In this document: positions 11,101 through 21,676 of the stretch, piece after piece
Numbering within the stretch: position 1 is the stretch's first letter
How the letters are laid out: each line of letters opens with the position of its first letter
NCBI GenBank assembly: GCA_010356995.1
Contig: ML996692.1
Coordinates: 1,251,933 to 1,279,343 of the forward strand
Direction: 5' to 3'
DNA from: Trichodelitschia bisporula
Lineage: Eukaryota
DNA length: 27,411 nt
The notes under the pieces: model-generated
Seen by the model: only the letters and a program-made list of their open reading frames with translations
Told to the model about the DNA's origin: nothing
The model's database searches: none
Position numbers and translations under genes: made by a program

Positions 11101-12626
11101 CTGGGTAAGAGCCTTAGGCGTCAGTGCTGTGACATTAAACGGGGGGTAGAGACGACGTTGTACACCAGACTTGTCATAGCAGCCGATCTAGGGGCTTAGT
11201 CCGACGTCAGAATGTGGTGAAAGACTTACCTGCAGAATCTCGCCCATGCACAAGTCTCCCCCTGCGATCAGAAGGTCGGGACCGGCGAGGGTGTCTATGA
11301 GGAAAGTTGCAAATGCGGTGGAAACATTGCAGTTAAACCGGCCGGCGACCGAACGCGACGATTGCATCGAACTGTTAAGCCAGAGGTAGTGCACCGTTCC
11401 GTCCTCTTGAACGAGATACAAGGCTTCCTGTTTTTTATCCTTCCACTTTTGGCTGCGGATGCACCGTGACCAAGCCGTGTACACCGGCAGCCTTTTGGAG
11501 CTGGCCCAGTGAAGGGGAACATCGCCTCCCGTGTCTGTGCGAGAAATGGATGACAGTTTGGGAGAGCCTGACAAAACGTCTTCAACAAGGATGATTGAGT
11601 AACCGGCTACGAGGAGGTAGCTAGGCGAATGCTCAAGGGGGATAATGAAGTGGAAACGTTCATAGTCTCGGCTGTCAGTAAGATATCCGTAAGGACCATT
11701 GGGGCCATACCCTTTGCTAGTTTGTAGGAGCGGAGGGACCGGTTTATCTTATCCGGGATGCCAGCCGCGTCCCAGAAGCATGTTACGATCGTGGTGTCAT
11801 CCCCGTCACGCGTGACGATCACAAGAATGACCTGGTCTTCATCCTCTAGAAATCCGAGGCCAAGGATAGTGCCTTTCACTGCGATCGGTAATTCTTGTGA
11901 CGCCGGGCGGAAGAGACCGGGATCCGGACTCCCCTGCATCTCGCGCTCCAGTATAGCTCGATCCTTGAGACAATACACCAGAACCTCCTCAGCGGTAGCG
12001 GCCACAGCGAGGGCCCTGCCCCTTGGATCGACGGCCAGATGCTTTCCTGGATAGCGACCCGGCAAGTTGCGGACCGGCAGGGGGATAATGCATTCTTGGA
12101 GATCGAGGATACCATTTGAGGAGACTTTGTCGCCAACAAGGAAGCTGATATGTCCAGAGTCAAGCGTGAGCACCAAGATATGGAGAGGGAGGTAGGAGTT
12201 TGGGCGGCTCCGGGATGAATCGTTGACCTGGGGGGCATACTCTGCCGGAAGGACTTGCTCTCCAAGTACAGCTGCTGCTATGATCCTGGAGGTGAAGTCT
12301 GACTTTTTGCCAACGTCCTGAAGATGGCCATTCGGCAAGATGGTTTTGATTCGAATTTCGTTCTCCGTCACGAATATCAGTTCGTTCGCTGGCCGGTGGC
12401 TGATTCTGGCGGGGATAATGCTTTTGACCAAGGAACTGGGAATGAGCGTCTTTGACACAAAACCGAGGGCGCTGTTCGGCTTCCGTCTCCATCCACTCGG
12501 CAAGTGCTGAACGTCCAAAAATCTCTGTGTAGGATCGCGGGCCTGGTTAGCATTGAGAATGGCGTCAATGGGGATGCGTCGAGTGGTGTATATCCCGTTG
12601 ACGGAAACATGAGTTTCGATCTCCAT
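8170..12626 (-). CDS. MMS1: Mms1/DDB1/CPSF-A-like multi-beta-propeller protein (fungal 'thermotolerance protein' type), ~1425 aa, 5 exons (12626-11711, 11666-11230, 11187-10146, 10100-9230, 9181-8170)
   Basis: MMS1_N-type segments (ILVLTLDSG, PGKHLAVDPRGRALAVAA, LADWSPIFD, LYVTSGRQPYGAVTELRYG) and a CPSF_A-like C-terminus (IIGSTTDGTVYSF, HINGDLLERLL). Four 42-48 nt introns join the track ORFs in frame. Exact orthology to MMS1 is less certain than the superfamily. Confidence 0.82.
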
Positions 12627-13733
12627 GCTGACCTAGCTTGCCGCGAGATTTGAGCTGATGAGAAGCGCCGCTGCGGGTGTTGAAGCTGGCGCGCGGCTTT
12701 GCTAACTAAAGCGGCACCTATGGGAAAGTAAGAAATAGTTCTAGGTCCCCGCACGGGCAAGGCTAGACGAACTGTTGGACTACCAGCGGTTCGGTGCGTC
12801 TGCACGACATGTCAGCAAATGTTTCGAGCGGCTGTTTCGGTCTGTCGAGGTGACAGTACCGGGTCCAGATCTCCAATGCACAATCACCAGACATCGAATC
12901 GGAGAACCAGGCGAGCGGATAATAGGCTAATGGCAGGCAAAAGCTAGGCGCTGGGTGGCGGTATCTGATGGATTGGACGCACGACAGAAGGCTAAAGCAC
13001 GTATCCAGTCGCCGACGCCCTTATTCGAGCTGCGGGCTGCAAGCAAGGCAAGCCAGCCGGAAGATATTTGATTTACGTTTGAGATATCAACAGAGAGGAA
13101 GCTTGAAGGGAGGAAGGTACTGGTGTAGGAGGGATGATTACTGCAAGTGGGTTAGCCGCGACATGCATCACCGGTACCGCCCTGCGCCTGGCCTGGTGGA
13201 GGAGAGTGCATTAAAATCAAGTTGCGAGGAATAGGTAAGTTAGGGAAGCACACGCACTTCCTTTATAAGACAAGATGAACAGAATGGGATTCTTTTAGAT
13301 TCCCCAAAGCTTCATTGTGAGATCGACTTCCTGTCAACAACGTGGATTTGGGGGGAAACGGGACGGAAAGATGTTGGCGTCGCACGACATCAAATCTTGT
13401 CGCAAGTCAAATGCGATAGCCCTACCATGGTCCGCCAAGCTTCCGGAGCGCGGGCAGCGGCATGAGGCGCCGACGACCTGCGACGTACCCTCGTACCTCT
13501 TCATTTTTCTCCCATCCGACTCGCTCTCCACGCCATATCGATCACCGCCTCAAAAAAGGAAAGGAGAGAGTCCATACGCATCTCCACAGTCGCCAGCTTA
13601 TTCGAGAAAGCCTCGCCTTGCCTGTCGCTACCCGTCTATTCGGCCCGTCCCTTCGCTTCCACCCCTCACGCCCTCCGCGGCTTAACCCCCCACCTCCACC
13701 TGCAGTCGCGCTTCCACCCCAACATGGAGACAA

Positions 13734-15021
13734 ATGGCGGAGAACGGTGACGCAAGCCCTGCCAGCTCTGCGTGCGCTTCTGCACCCTCACCGCACGAAA
13801 AAGACAAGGCGGAACGCATCCTCGAGGCCTGCCGCAATCATGATCTAGACTCGCTCGCTGCACTGGCGACGTCACCCGGCGGGCTGGTCGATGACGCTCT
13901 TCGGCGGACTGCCTGTAAGTCATATTATCTATACATGTAGAGGAGTGGGGCCGTGTCTAAGATAGATCGCAGGGCCCGTGTTGCTAGGATGTACTGGTCC
14001 TCCTCCAGCCAGTGACGACGCAACACCATGGTCGGAGCTGCCGCCTCACCGCGACGAGGGTCAAGTCGCGCTGGACGTGAACCGATCCTTTGTCTTCTAT
14101 CCCAACAACCAGTCCGATAAGGAGCTTGAAATCAGGAAGCAGCAGCTTTCGGATGTAATTGTGGAGACGCTACGCCGGCATCCATCGCTCTGTTACTTCC
14201 AGGGCTTTCACGATATTGCCCAAGTCCTACTGCTCGTCTTGGGGCCCGAAGAGTCCGCATATGCAGTGCGGCGCCTCTCGCTCCTTCGCATTCGGGACTT
14301 CATGCTTCCAACACTGACAGCCGCCCTTCAGCATCTGCATCTACTCCCATCGATATTGTATGCCGAGGATCCCGAACTCTGCACTCATCTACCACCCAAC
14401 CCGTTCTTTGCGCTCTCTGCCACCATAACCCTCTACGCGCACGACATTGAGGAATATTCATCTATAGCACGCCTTTTTGACTTCCTCCTGGCGCGGGAAG
14501 CCGTTATGTCTGTCTACCTGTTTGCTGTCATCATTTTGGTGCGAAAGGACGAATTGCTCGAAGTGGGGCTGGACGAGCCAGAAATGCTGCACTTTTTGCT
14601 GTCCAAACTCCCGCAGCCCCTCGATCTAGAGGGTCTGATCGAGAAGACAATGTCGCTGTTCGAGCGCCACCCACCGGAGCGGCTTCCGTTCCGCGCTTGG
14701 CGCGGCATCTCGCAGTATAGCGTGCTCAAGACGACGAGGGATTACACCGCTTTGGCGCGCATGACGCTAGGTGATGGCGAGGAGTTGCTGGACATGCAGG
14801 CGAGGTATGTGCGTAGGCAGGAGGCGCTCCAGAAGCTAGTGGCCGGAGCCAGGAAGACGCTACGGACCAACAAACGTCCAATCATGTTTTCGCTCGCCAT
14901 TGTCATGGGCGTGCTTGCAGTGTTCATGGGCCGCAAGAATGGGACCCAGCCTTACTGGAGCGGCCTTCTGTGGCCCGGGCTGTGGCAGAGCGGTAGGAGA
15001 GGGCTTGCTGCCCTATTTTAG
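13734..15021 (+). CDS. GYP8: TBC-domain Rab GTPase-activating protein (Gyp8/TBC1D20-like), ~409 aa, 2 exons (13734-13914, 13973-15021)
   Basis: GGLVDDALRRTAWPVLLG, arginine finger QVALDVNRSF, glutamine finger LCYFQGFHDI, and a C-terminal hydrophobic anchor PIMFSLAIVMGVLAVFMG. The intron is GTAAGT..CTAAG..CAG. Confidence 0.9.
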
Positions 15022-15149
15022 GGCTTGGCTTGGATGGCGCAATGATAGGCACGAGTTATGAATCGATTATGGGACTGAAATGCTTGTGTCATGTTTATTC
15101 TACGAAGGCTGTAACATGACGAGCCATGGCCCCAATCCATGGTGCCCCA

Positions 15150-17126
15150 CTACCGCCCGAACGGAAACCACCGACTCTTGGTGGACTTCTTCTCCTCTTC
15201 CTGCTGCTTCTCTTCCGCAGACGTGTCCTTGACCGCCACCGCCGGCGACCGCCCAGGGTAGTCAATGTAGTTCCACGCCACATCCAGGAAAAGCGGCTTA
15301 ACGGGAACAGGCTGCAGCTTCGGCGGCCAAGTGACGATGTTCTTGAGATCGACGGTCCCGGCCACGGGATACTCGTGCAGCTGCTTGATGACGGGATTAG
15401 CGGGTTGTTTCTTCGCCGCCGCGGTGGTGGCATCGGTGATTTTGCGCAGCTCGACTACGCCGTGGAAGTGGTACACGAGGGAAAGCAAGTGCTCGTGCAG
15501 GGATTTGGCGAGACTGGACTGCACGTCGAGTTTGGGGATTGGCGTGGGCGCTTCGGCGTCTTTGAGGGTGGACACGACGGTTGTGGCTAGGGACTGGGCG
15601 CGGAGGAGGAGGGATAGGGCTTCGCGGTAGTTGGAGATGAGGGCGTGCGAGTAGGCGATGTTCAGGCACCTGTAGCATTAGTATGCGTCAAACGAAAAGC
15701 GGACGACCTACTTGAGTGCCTGGAAATAGGCCCGCCGGCCGTCTAGTTCCTCCACAAAAGTGGCGTCACGGGCAGCACCGCGCAGATCCTTGATCGAATC
15801 GATGCTCTGCAGAATGGCGTCGTATAGGACGATGCGTTCGCGCAGCCGCGCCACTTTGCGACCGTTGCCTTCAGAAGCCGCAGTCCATTCCTTGCCGTCT
15901 TTCCGCGGCCGCTTGGGCTTTCTCGCCGGCGGACCTTCCAGCGAAAGTCCGTCATCCGCACCGATAAGGACGCGGTTCCGGCCAACACGCCACCCGATAA
16001 GCTCGTAGTTGACGGCAAGGCTCGTAACTCGGAGGTCCTGCATGCGAGGGTCAGACTCGGAAATCTTCTCCTTTTCATGCTCTTCGATGGCGTGGCGCGT
16101 TGCGTCGGAAGCGTCCTGGGCAGCTGTCATGACATCATCGTAGGCTGCGGCCCTGTCGCGCAATGGCAAGTCAGGGCTCGCTCCGGAGAGTGTGGCGCTC
16201 AGCTGCTCTTCGGCAGCACGGACGGCGGCGATGGCTTGTCCGATGGAGGCATCAACGATGTTGGCTTTCCGAGAGCGCCAGGAGATAGACGTGGGGAACT
16301 TGTCCCCGGCCTTGTCTGCACTCTCGCCCTCGCCCCCGAGCGCCGTCGGGTCGACTGCTTTGATTACTCGAGTGAGGTCCTCATCGTCGTCCGGGAACAG
16401 CCGACGCGCGACTGACACGGATGGGACGGTCCTAGGAATGTGAGACTGGTAGGCGGCGAAGCGTATGCTGGGGTCTATGGTGCCGGATATCAGGTCCTTG
16501 AACAACTCTTGCTTTGTAGCCTTCAGGAGAGCGGAGTAGGCGACGCGAGCGGCCGAGAAGTTAACCAGACACTCCTGCCACTTTTCCCGCTGCGCTTCAG
16601 CATCAGTTCCCCGTTGGCTGGTAGCATGCTTCTCGAACTCCTCCGCACCGGACAGGGAAAACCGGTAGGCCTGCGCCTCAAGGACATCTTTGTCACTGGC
16701 ACCGGTAGCTGCCTGGTTTCCGAGCAGCTCGGCCAGCTCCTTTGCGTGTTTGGCGGCTTTATTCAGACAAGTAACAACATGTTTGCGCCTTGAGCCGGCG
16801 TGGCTCTGAGATGCGGCGTCTTCGCCAGTGGATTTGATGGACATGGCATGTGCCCAAGCCCGTTCGGCAGTAAGAAGGACCAAATGCACGAACCTCGGCC
16901 AGTTAGCTATTTTCTCACAGTCTAGATGAACATACTCCTTGTTGGCACCGATGTCTTCAGCGGTGACAGGCGCCTTGGGCGTAAACTTTGCGTTCTTCGG
17001 CGTCGCACGGCCAAGCTTCCTCCGAGCTGCGGCCAGCTGGCGCGAGAGCTGCGCGCGATATGCGCCATGGTCGCCGGCGAGGAAAGCGCTCTCGCGGTGC
17101 GAGACGACGAATTCGGTGATGTTCAT
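15150..17126 (-). CDS. SRP68: Signal recognition particle subunit SRP68, ~630 aa, 3 exons (17126-16936, 16893-15712, 15669-15150)
   Basis: YRAQLSRQL, LLTAERAWAHAMSIK, IDPSIRFAAYQ and the C-terminal PPKLQPVPVKPLFLDVAWNYIDYP..WFPFGR signature. Confidence 0.95.
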
Positions 17127-17434
17127 CTTCGTGGTTGGCGTAGTGTATGGCGGGGTTGGAATATTGATGCGGAGAGCGGGGCGGAAAAGCTATGGATCCG
17201 GGGGTGCTAAGGGCTCTGTGACGAACCACCTTTTCACGCGATGCCACTTTTTTTGCCGATACAGCATTTATCGATTCTCTCAGGCACTTTGCGACACCTG
17301 GCTTCCTCCGTTTGGAAATGCAACTGCGTGCGCGCCAACACGCTCATGAATAGACCCACTTCCGAAGCTCTCTACTCCTCAGCATGGCACTCAATTCCAA
17401 CAATAGCTACTTGTAACACCAAAAGTACATAGCG

Positions 17435-20400
17435 ATGCTGGAAAAGGCGGTTCCATGGCTCGAAACGCCTATCCGTCACGTCTCACGTCCTGGTCAACTT
17501 GTATGCCGCCGACAACTTGCGCAGGGCTGGTATCGCCGGGCCGGTCGGATCGGCTTCGTACACGCAACCAATGTTCCGGAAGCGTCCCGAAACGCTTCCC
17601 GACAGCGCCCCAGCCGTCCCTGGCCACGGTCCTCCGAGGCGCTCACGCCTCTGCCGAACCTCTCATCGTGTTCCGGAAAGTGGCCCAAAGTGTGCACTGG
17701 AAACGCCGAAGATCCACCTCAATTACCTTGGACTTGCGTTCGACAGTACTCGACTCGACCTGGAGAGCAGCCGGTTGTCCTGAGTGTGCCTGGCCACTCT
17801 CCAGTTGGACTAAACGCACCATCTTTTGCCACCGAATTCGAGACACTTGGGCTACCTGAAGAGCTTGTTGAGTTAGTCTTGCAAGGCAGAGCGAAGGAAG
17901 CGCTGGAGAGGCTACTCGAACGGACCCTCCCGCCGCCGAAGTCATCAATATACGTAGCGATATGGCGGCTGTACCAGCGACTGGACCGTCTGGAGCGCAC
18001 TAAGTCCCTCACGGTAGATGTGTTGAACTACCTATCTTTCTCTGGAAGTCCAACAGACTTTTTATCCGCATTTAAGCAAGCTTTGTGGCGCAACGACGAC
18101 GAGATTTCGTGTTGGCTATCTGTACTCGGTCGTCTCCAAACCGAGAACGGGTTCAGCACCGCCCTCATGTGTTACGACGAAGCGTCTCAGAATGCACCGC
18201 GGAGCTACTGTGGCGGCAACGTACTCCTCGCACACGCGATATTAAGGAAAGACTGGGCCGCTGCCATGCGGATATGCACACAAACGGCCGATGCTCCGTG
18301 GCATACCTCCGGCCGCCCAGGCCTAAAGCACGCTTGGAGGTACGTTGCCGTTCTCCCTGGCTCCCTGCGCCTCGCATCATCCTTTCTCGCCGACGCGAAC
18401 GGCACTCTGGACCTGACATCCCCAGAAGTCCGTGACCTTTGTGCTAAGTTCATCGGTGAAACAGCATGGCGGCTTTCAACAGAAGATCCCGTCGGCGTTT
18501 GGAAGCTCCTTCAAGAGGTGCACGCTCTGCGGCTGAGCTCTCCCGAGCTTTTTCTGCCTCTCATTTCCGAATTATGCACCTCTTTGGTGCAACTGGACCG
18601 CTTCGATCATGCTGCCCTAGCGCGTCGCAAGCTGCTCCTCGATGCCTTCCGTCTGTATCGCGAAGTGCATGCAACACCCCCTTGGAATGTACTGAAAAAC
18701 ATGCTGTCTATTTTGACTCGGTCTTCGCTCCTGCCTACCCAGGATGTCGGCGACCTGACACTCATTGTCGTTGAAGACGTACATCGACTGTACCGTCAAC
18801 TTCCCATCTTCACCCTTCTACCCCTCATGAACAAGCACGCCCGCGCCGGTAACGTGGAAACGGTACGCAGGCTCTTCGATTCGCTACCGAAAGATGATCT
18901 TACGACGCGGGCCATGGTACGGCCTTTGCTATATGTCCATGCCCGGCGAAGCGAAGCAGAGAAGTGTGCCCGGCAGTTCGACCGGTTATGGAATGAATTC
19001 GGCTTGTGGCCAGATACGGAGTGCTGGAACATCCTGCTCTATGCCTACGCCCGTGCAAACGAAACTGAGAGGGCACTGCTGTGCTTCGACGACTTGCTGA
19101 ACTCTGGCTGTCCCCCGGACCAGTACTCCTTTGGGACTTTGCTTAGCCTCTGCGCTCACCATGGGGACACTGATAGTGTCTTCGAACTGCTTGATCTGGC
19201 CCGGCAAAAGGATGTGGCCATCAACGCGGTTATGTTTGGGAGTCTCGTTCTGGCGTACGTGAGGTCTGACAATGTTGCTGCTGCCGAAGATGCCGCGGTA
19301 ATGCTCGCCGAAGCCCAGACACAAGGCAAGCTTGAAGGGCAAATTACGACGAGTTGGAACATAGTGCTTACGTCATATGCTGCGCGGAGAGACTATAGCA
19401 ACGTTCAGCGCCTGCACAAGGAAATGCAGAGGCGCGGCATCCCGTCAGACAGCCTCACGTATGCGGCCTTGATGCTGGCTCTCTGTGCTAGCCACCAAAC
19501 CAATGCAGCCCGCAAAATTTTGGAAAGGACCATGCCAGACAGTGGGATCCCCCGCTTAGCATCCCACTACGCCATTGTCATAACGGGTTTCGTCAAGCAG
19601 GACCAGAAATTTCTTGCGCTGGATGTCTATGAGAACATGCTCAAGGACGGCATCGCGCCGGACGCCAGCGCCAAACTCGCGTACTTACGGGCTATGTCAC
19701 ATGATGTCCGATCTGAGATCAAGGAGCCCGACAACCAGACCAAACTGGTTGACGAAATAGTTAAAGAAGTGATGGCAGTGGAAGCGTCCGAGCTCTCTGG
19801 AAATGATCTACGTCTGGGGCTGGGCCCGTGGAGGGGTGCACCGCCCATCGATTCCTACATTGCTCATCTCATCTTCAACTTTGGCGACGCCGGCTTGCCC
19901 CAAGTTGTCGAGAGACTGTACGAGCTTTACCAGTCTCAGCGGGTCGCGTCTGGTGAAAGCAGGACAACACCAATCGGGATTCTGAGCGCTCTCATGGTTA
20001 GTGATGTGCGGCAAGGAAACCATGATGCCGTTGCGCGATGTTGGACCCAGTGCTACACAATCGCCGTGGAGCAGGCCAATCTCCGGGAAGTTGCGACAGG
20101 CTCGGCTAGCGTCTCTGCCGGTGAAGGTTCTCCACCGTTTCCCACGAACACTTCCAAGACTATCTCCCTCGGTCGCAAGATGACTCCGCTGCACAGAAAC
20201 ATGCTCTCGCAGCCCTTGGTTCCGTACTTGAGGTCGCTGCGTGACCAGGAGCGGTTCTCAGATATCTATAGGACGGTTGCCGTACTACTGTCGCAGGGTT
20301 TCACTCTGGACCACGGTGCGTGGAACATGTACATTCAGGCATTTGCTCGGACACCTTATTCAGCACACACGCTCGCTGCCTTTCGAGCTTGCGAGGACCA

Positions 20401-20764
20401 TTTGATGGGCGGGTTCCCCGGTTGGGCGAAAAAGCCGCTTAACATCAAGTGGATGCAGCGGCGAAGCAAGTTCCTGGGGGGATATGAGCACATGGATGTG
20501 AGCAAGTTGAGCAGCAGATGGCACAGGCAACTGGCTCCCCACTTTGAGACGCTGTTAGTGCTGAAGGGGGTAGCGACCCGACTCACTGAAGCATTGGCAC
20601 GCGACCAGGAGGGGGAAGTAGCGACGGACCGCGCGCTCTACGATTCGTTGTGGGGGTTCGCCCCGCAGACGATGGAGGCCCTTGAGACGATGCCGGAGGT
20701 AAAGGAGCCCATCCGGCCAAGGGTGGAGATTGAGCGGGCATCGTCGGATCCGGTAGACACGTAG
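17435..20764 (+). CDS. cya-5: Mitochondrial pentatricopeptide-repeat protein, COX1 translation activator (CYA5/PET309-like), 1109 aa, intronless
   Basis: Arg-rich N-terminus resembling a mitochondrial presequence and tandem 35-aa PPR units (PDTECWNILLYAYARANETERALLCFDDLLNSGCPPDQYSFGTLLSLCAHHGD; TSWNIVLTSYAARRD..MQRRGIPSDSLTYAALM). The C-terminal LDHGAWNMYIQAFAR..AFRACEDHLMGGFPGW is typical of fungal CYA5-like proteins. Confidence 0.85.
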   Translation: MLEKAVPWLETPIRHVSRPGQLVCRRQLAQGWYRRAGRIGFVHATNVPEASRNASRQRPSRPWPRSSEALTPLPNLSSCSGKWPKVCTGNAEDPPQLPWTCVRQYSTRPGEQPVVLSVPGHSPVGLNAPSFATEFETLGLPEELVELVLQGRAKEALERLLERTLPPPKSSIYVAIWRLYQRLDRLERTKSLTVDVLNYLSFSGSPTDFLSAFKQALWRNDDEISCWLSVLGRLQTENGFSTALMCYDEASQNAPRSYCGGNVLLAHAILRKDWAAAMRICTQTADAPWHTSGRPGLKHAWRYVAVLPGSLRLASSFLADANGTLDLTSPEVRDLCAKFIGETAWRLSTEDPVGVWKLLQEVHALRLSSPELFLPLISELCTSLVQLDRFDHAALARRKLLLDAFRLYREVHATPPWNVLKNMLSILTRSSLLPTQDVGDLTLIVVEDVHRLYRQLPIFTLLPLMNKHARAGNVETVRRLFDSLPKDDLTTRAMVRPLLYVHARRSEAEKCARQFDRLWNEFGLWPDTECWNILLYAYARANETERALLCFDDLLNSGCPPDQYSFGTLLSLCAHHGDTDSVFELLDLARQKDVAINAVMFGSLVLAYVRSDNVAAAEDAAVMLAEAQTQGKLEGQITTSWNIVLTSYAARRDYSNVQRLHKEMQRRGIPSDSLTYAALMLALCASHQTNAARKILERTMPDSGIPRLASHYAIVITGFVKQDQKFLALDVYENMLKDGIAPDASAKLAYLRAMSHDVRSEIKEPDNQTKLVDEIVKEVMAVEASELSGNDLRLGLGPWRGAPPIDSYIAHLIFNFGDAGLPQVVERLYELYQSQRVASGESRTTPIGILSALMVSDVRQGNHDAVARCWTQCYTIAVEQANLREVATGSASVSAGEGSPPFPTNTSKTISLGRKMTPLHRNMLSQPLVPYLRSLRDQERFSDIYRTVAVLLSQGFTLDHGAWNMYIQAFARTPYSAHTLAAFRACEDHLMGGFPGWAKKPLNIKWMQRRSKFLGGYEHMDVSKLSSRWHRQLAPHFETLLVLKGVATRLTEALARDQEGEVATDRALYDSLWGFAPQTMEALETMPEVKEPIRPRVEIERASSDPVDT

Positions 20765-21034
20765 CTGTTCATGCGGGTAGTCCTCGCTGGAACGATATGT
20801 GTCAATTGTACATTAGATTATGACTGAATGTCAAAATTCAACTATTGCCATCCGTTGCGCCACTTGCTGCCATCCATTGCGCCAGTGCCTCGTAGCATAA
20901 TCATCATGGTTCAGGACCCGCTGAAATTCTGGTCTCCCTTTTTATCACTTCTAATCATGCCCGAACCGAGGACCACCTGCCAGTCGACCATGAATTAGTC
21001 GTTATTCTGGAGTGGAATTCGGTTCTAACCCTAC

Positions 21035-21226
21035 CTATCTCATAGAAAGGTAGGCGAAGGTTGCCTCTTGCCTGGTCTGCCTTTCAGTGCGGGGCTTGTC
21101 GTCGACGACTGCTGTGGGTGTCCGGAGCGGTTGCTTCTTCATTAAGGACTTGAGGAAATCCGTGAGCCGGCTGGAGGTCGTCGAAGTGGTTTTCAGGGAG
21201 GCGGTCTCAGACATGTTCTCTGCCAT
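21035..21226 (-). CDS. Hypothetical 63-aa basic Ser/Thr-rich microprotein
   Basis: MAENMSETASLKTTSTTSSRLTDFLKSLMKKQPLRTPTAVVDDKPRTERQTRQEATFAYLSMR*. The start context is good (AAAACAATGG), with TATAAAT at 21331-21325 about 100 nt upstream. It sits in an otherwise empty gap between two genes. Confidence 0.65.
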   Translation of the reverse strand: MAENMSETASLKTTSTTSSRLTDFLKSLMKKQPLRTPTAVVDDKPRTERQTRQEATFAYLSMR

Positions 21227-21324
21227 TGTTTTAAGCTGCAAGTAATTCGAGTCGAGGTTGATGTGCTGCGATGGATTGCGATTGATTGTGAGGAAGTACT
21301 GTCGCCTTGGACTTGCCGCGTGGC

Positions 21325-21331
21325 ATTTATA
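21325..21331 (-). promoter_or_regulatory. TATA box of the microprotein gene
   Basis: TATAAAT on the minus strand ~100 nt upstream of ATG 21226. Confidence 0.5.
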
Positions 21332-21676
21332 TTCATCTGGTTGAGGGGTCCATTGGTCCCAAAGCGGACTGACTGCACCCTTGGAGTCAGAAATGTCAGC
21401 CATGGTGCGGTGTGCGAGTGTATTCATCCGGACACCGAATCCTAGCAAGACTCAACACGAGCCGCTGCGAACGACATGCACGACATGCACGAATCAGCGC
21501 CTGCTCTCGGCATCTTCTGACAACCCATGGCGGTATACGCGGTGTCTGCCTGGACGCCAACATGTCAAAAGGCGTAAAAAAGCCACAGCAAGCAACGTTG
21601 ATAGTTCTAGGCTCACATTTGAAGCATAGGCTTTTCTCGCATGCAAGTTTACCTAATTCTGACTGGTAGACTTCCA

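Noticed and set aside
20846..20884. 17-bp duplicated TGCCATCC(G/A)TTGCGCCA, and the 9-bp tandem ACGACATGC at 21471-21492
   Set aside because: Short local slippage duplications in UTR/intergenic DNA with no evidence of function.
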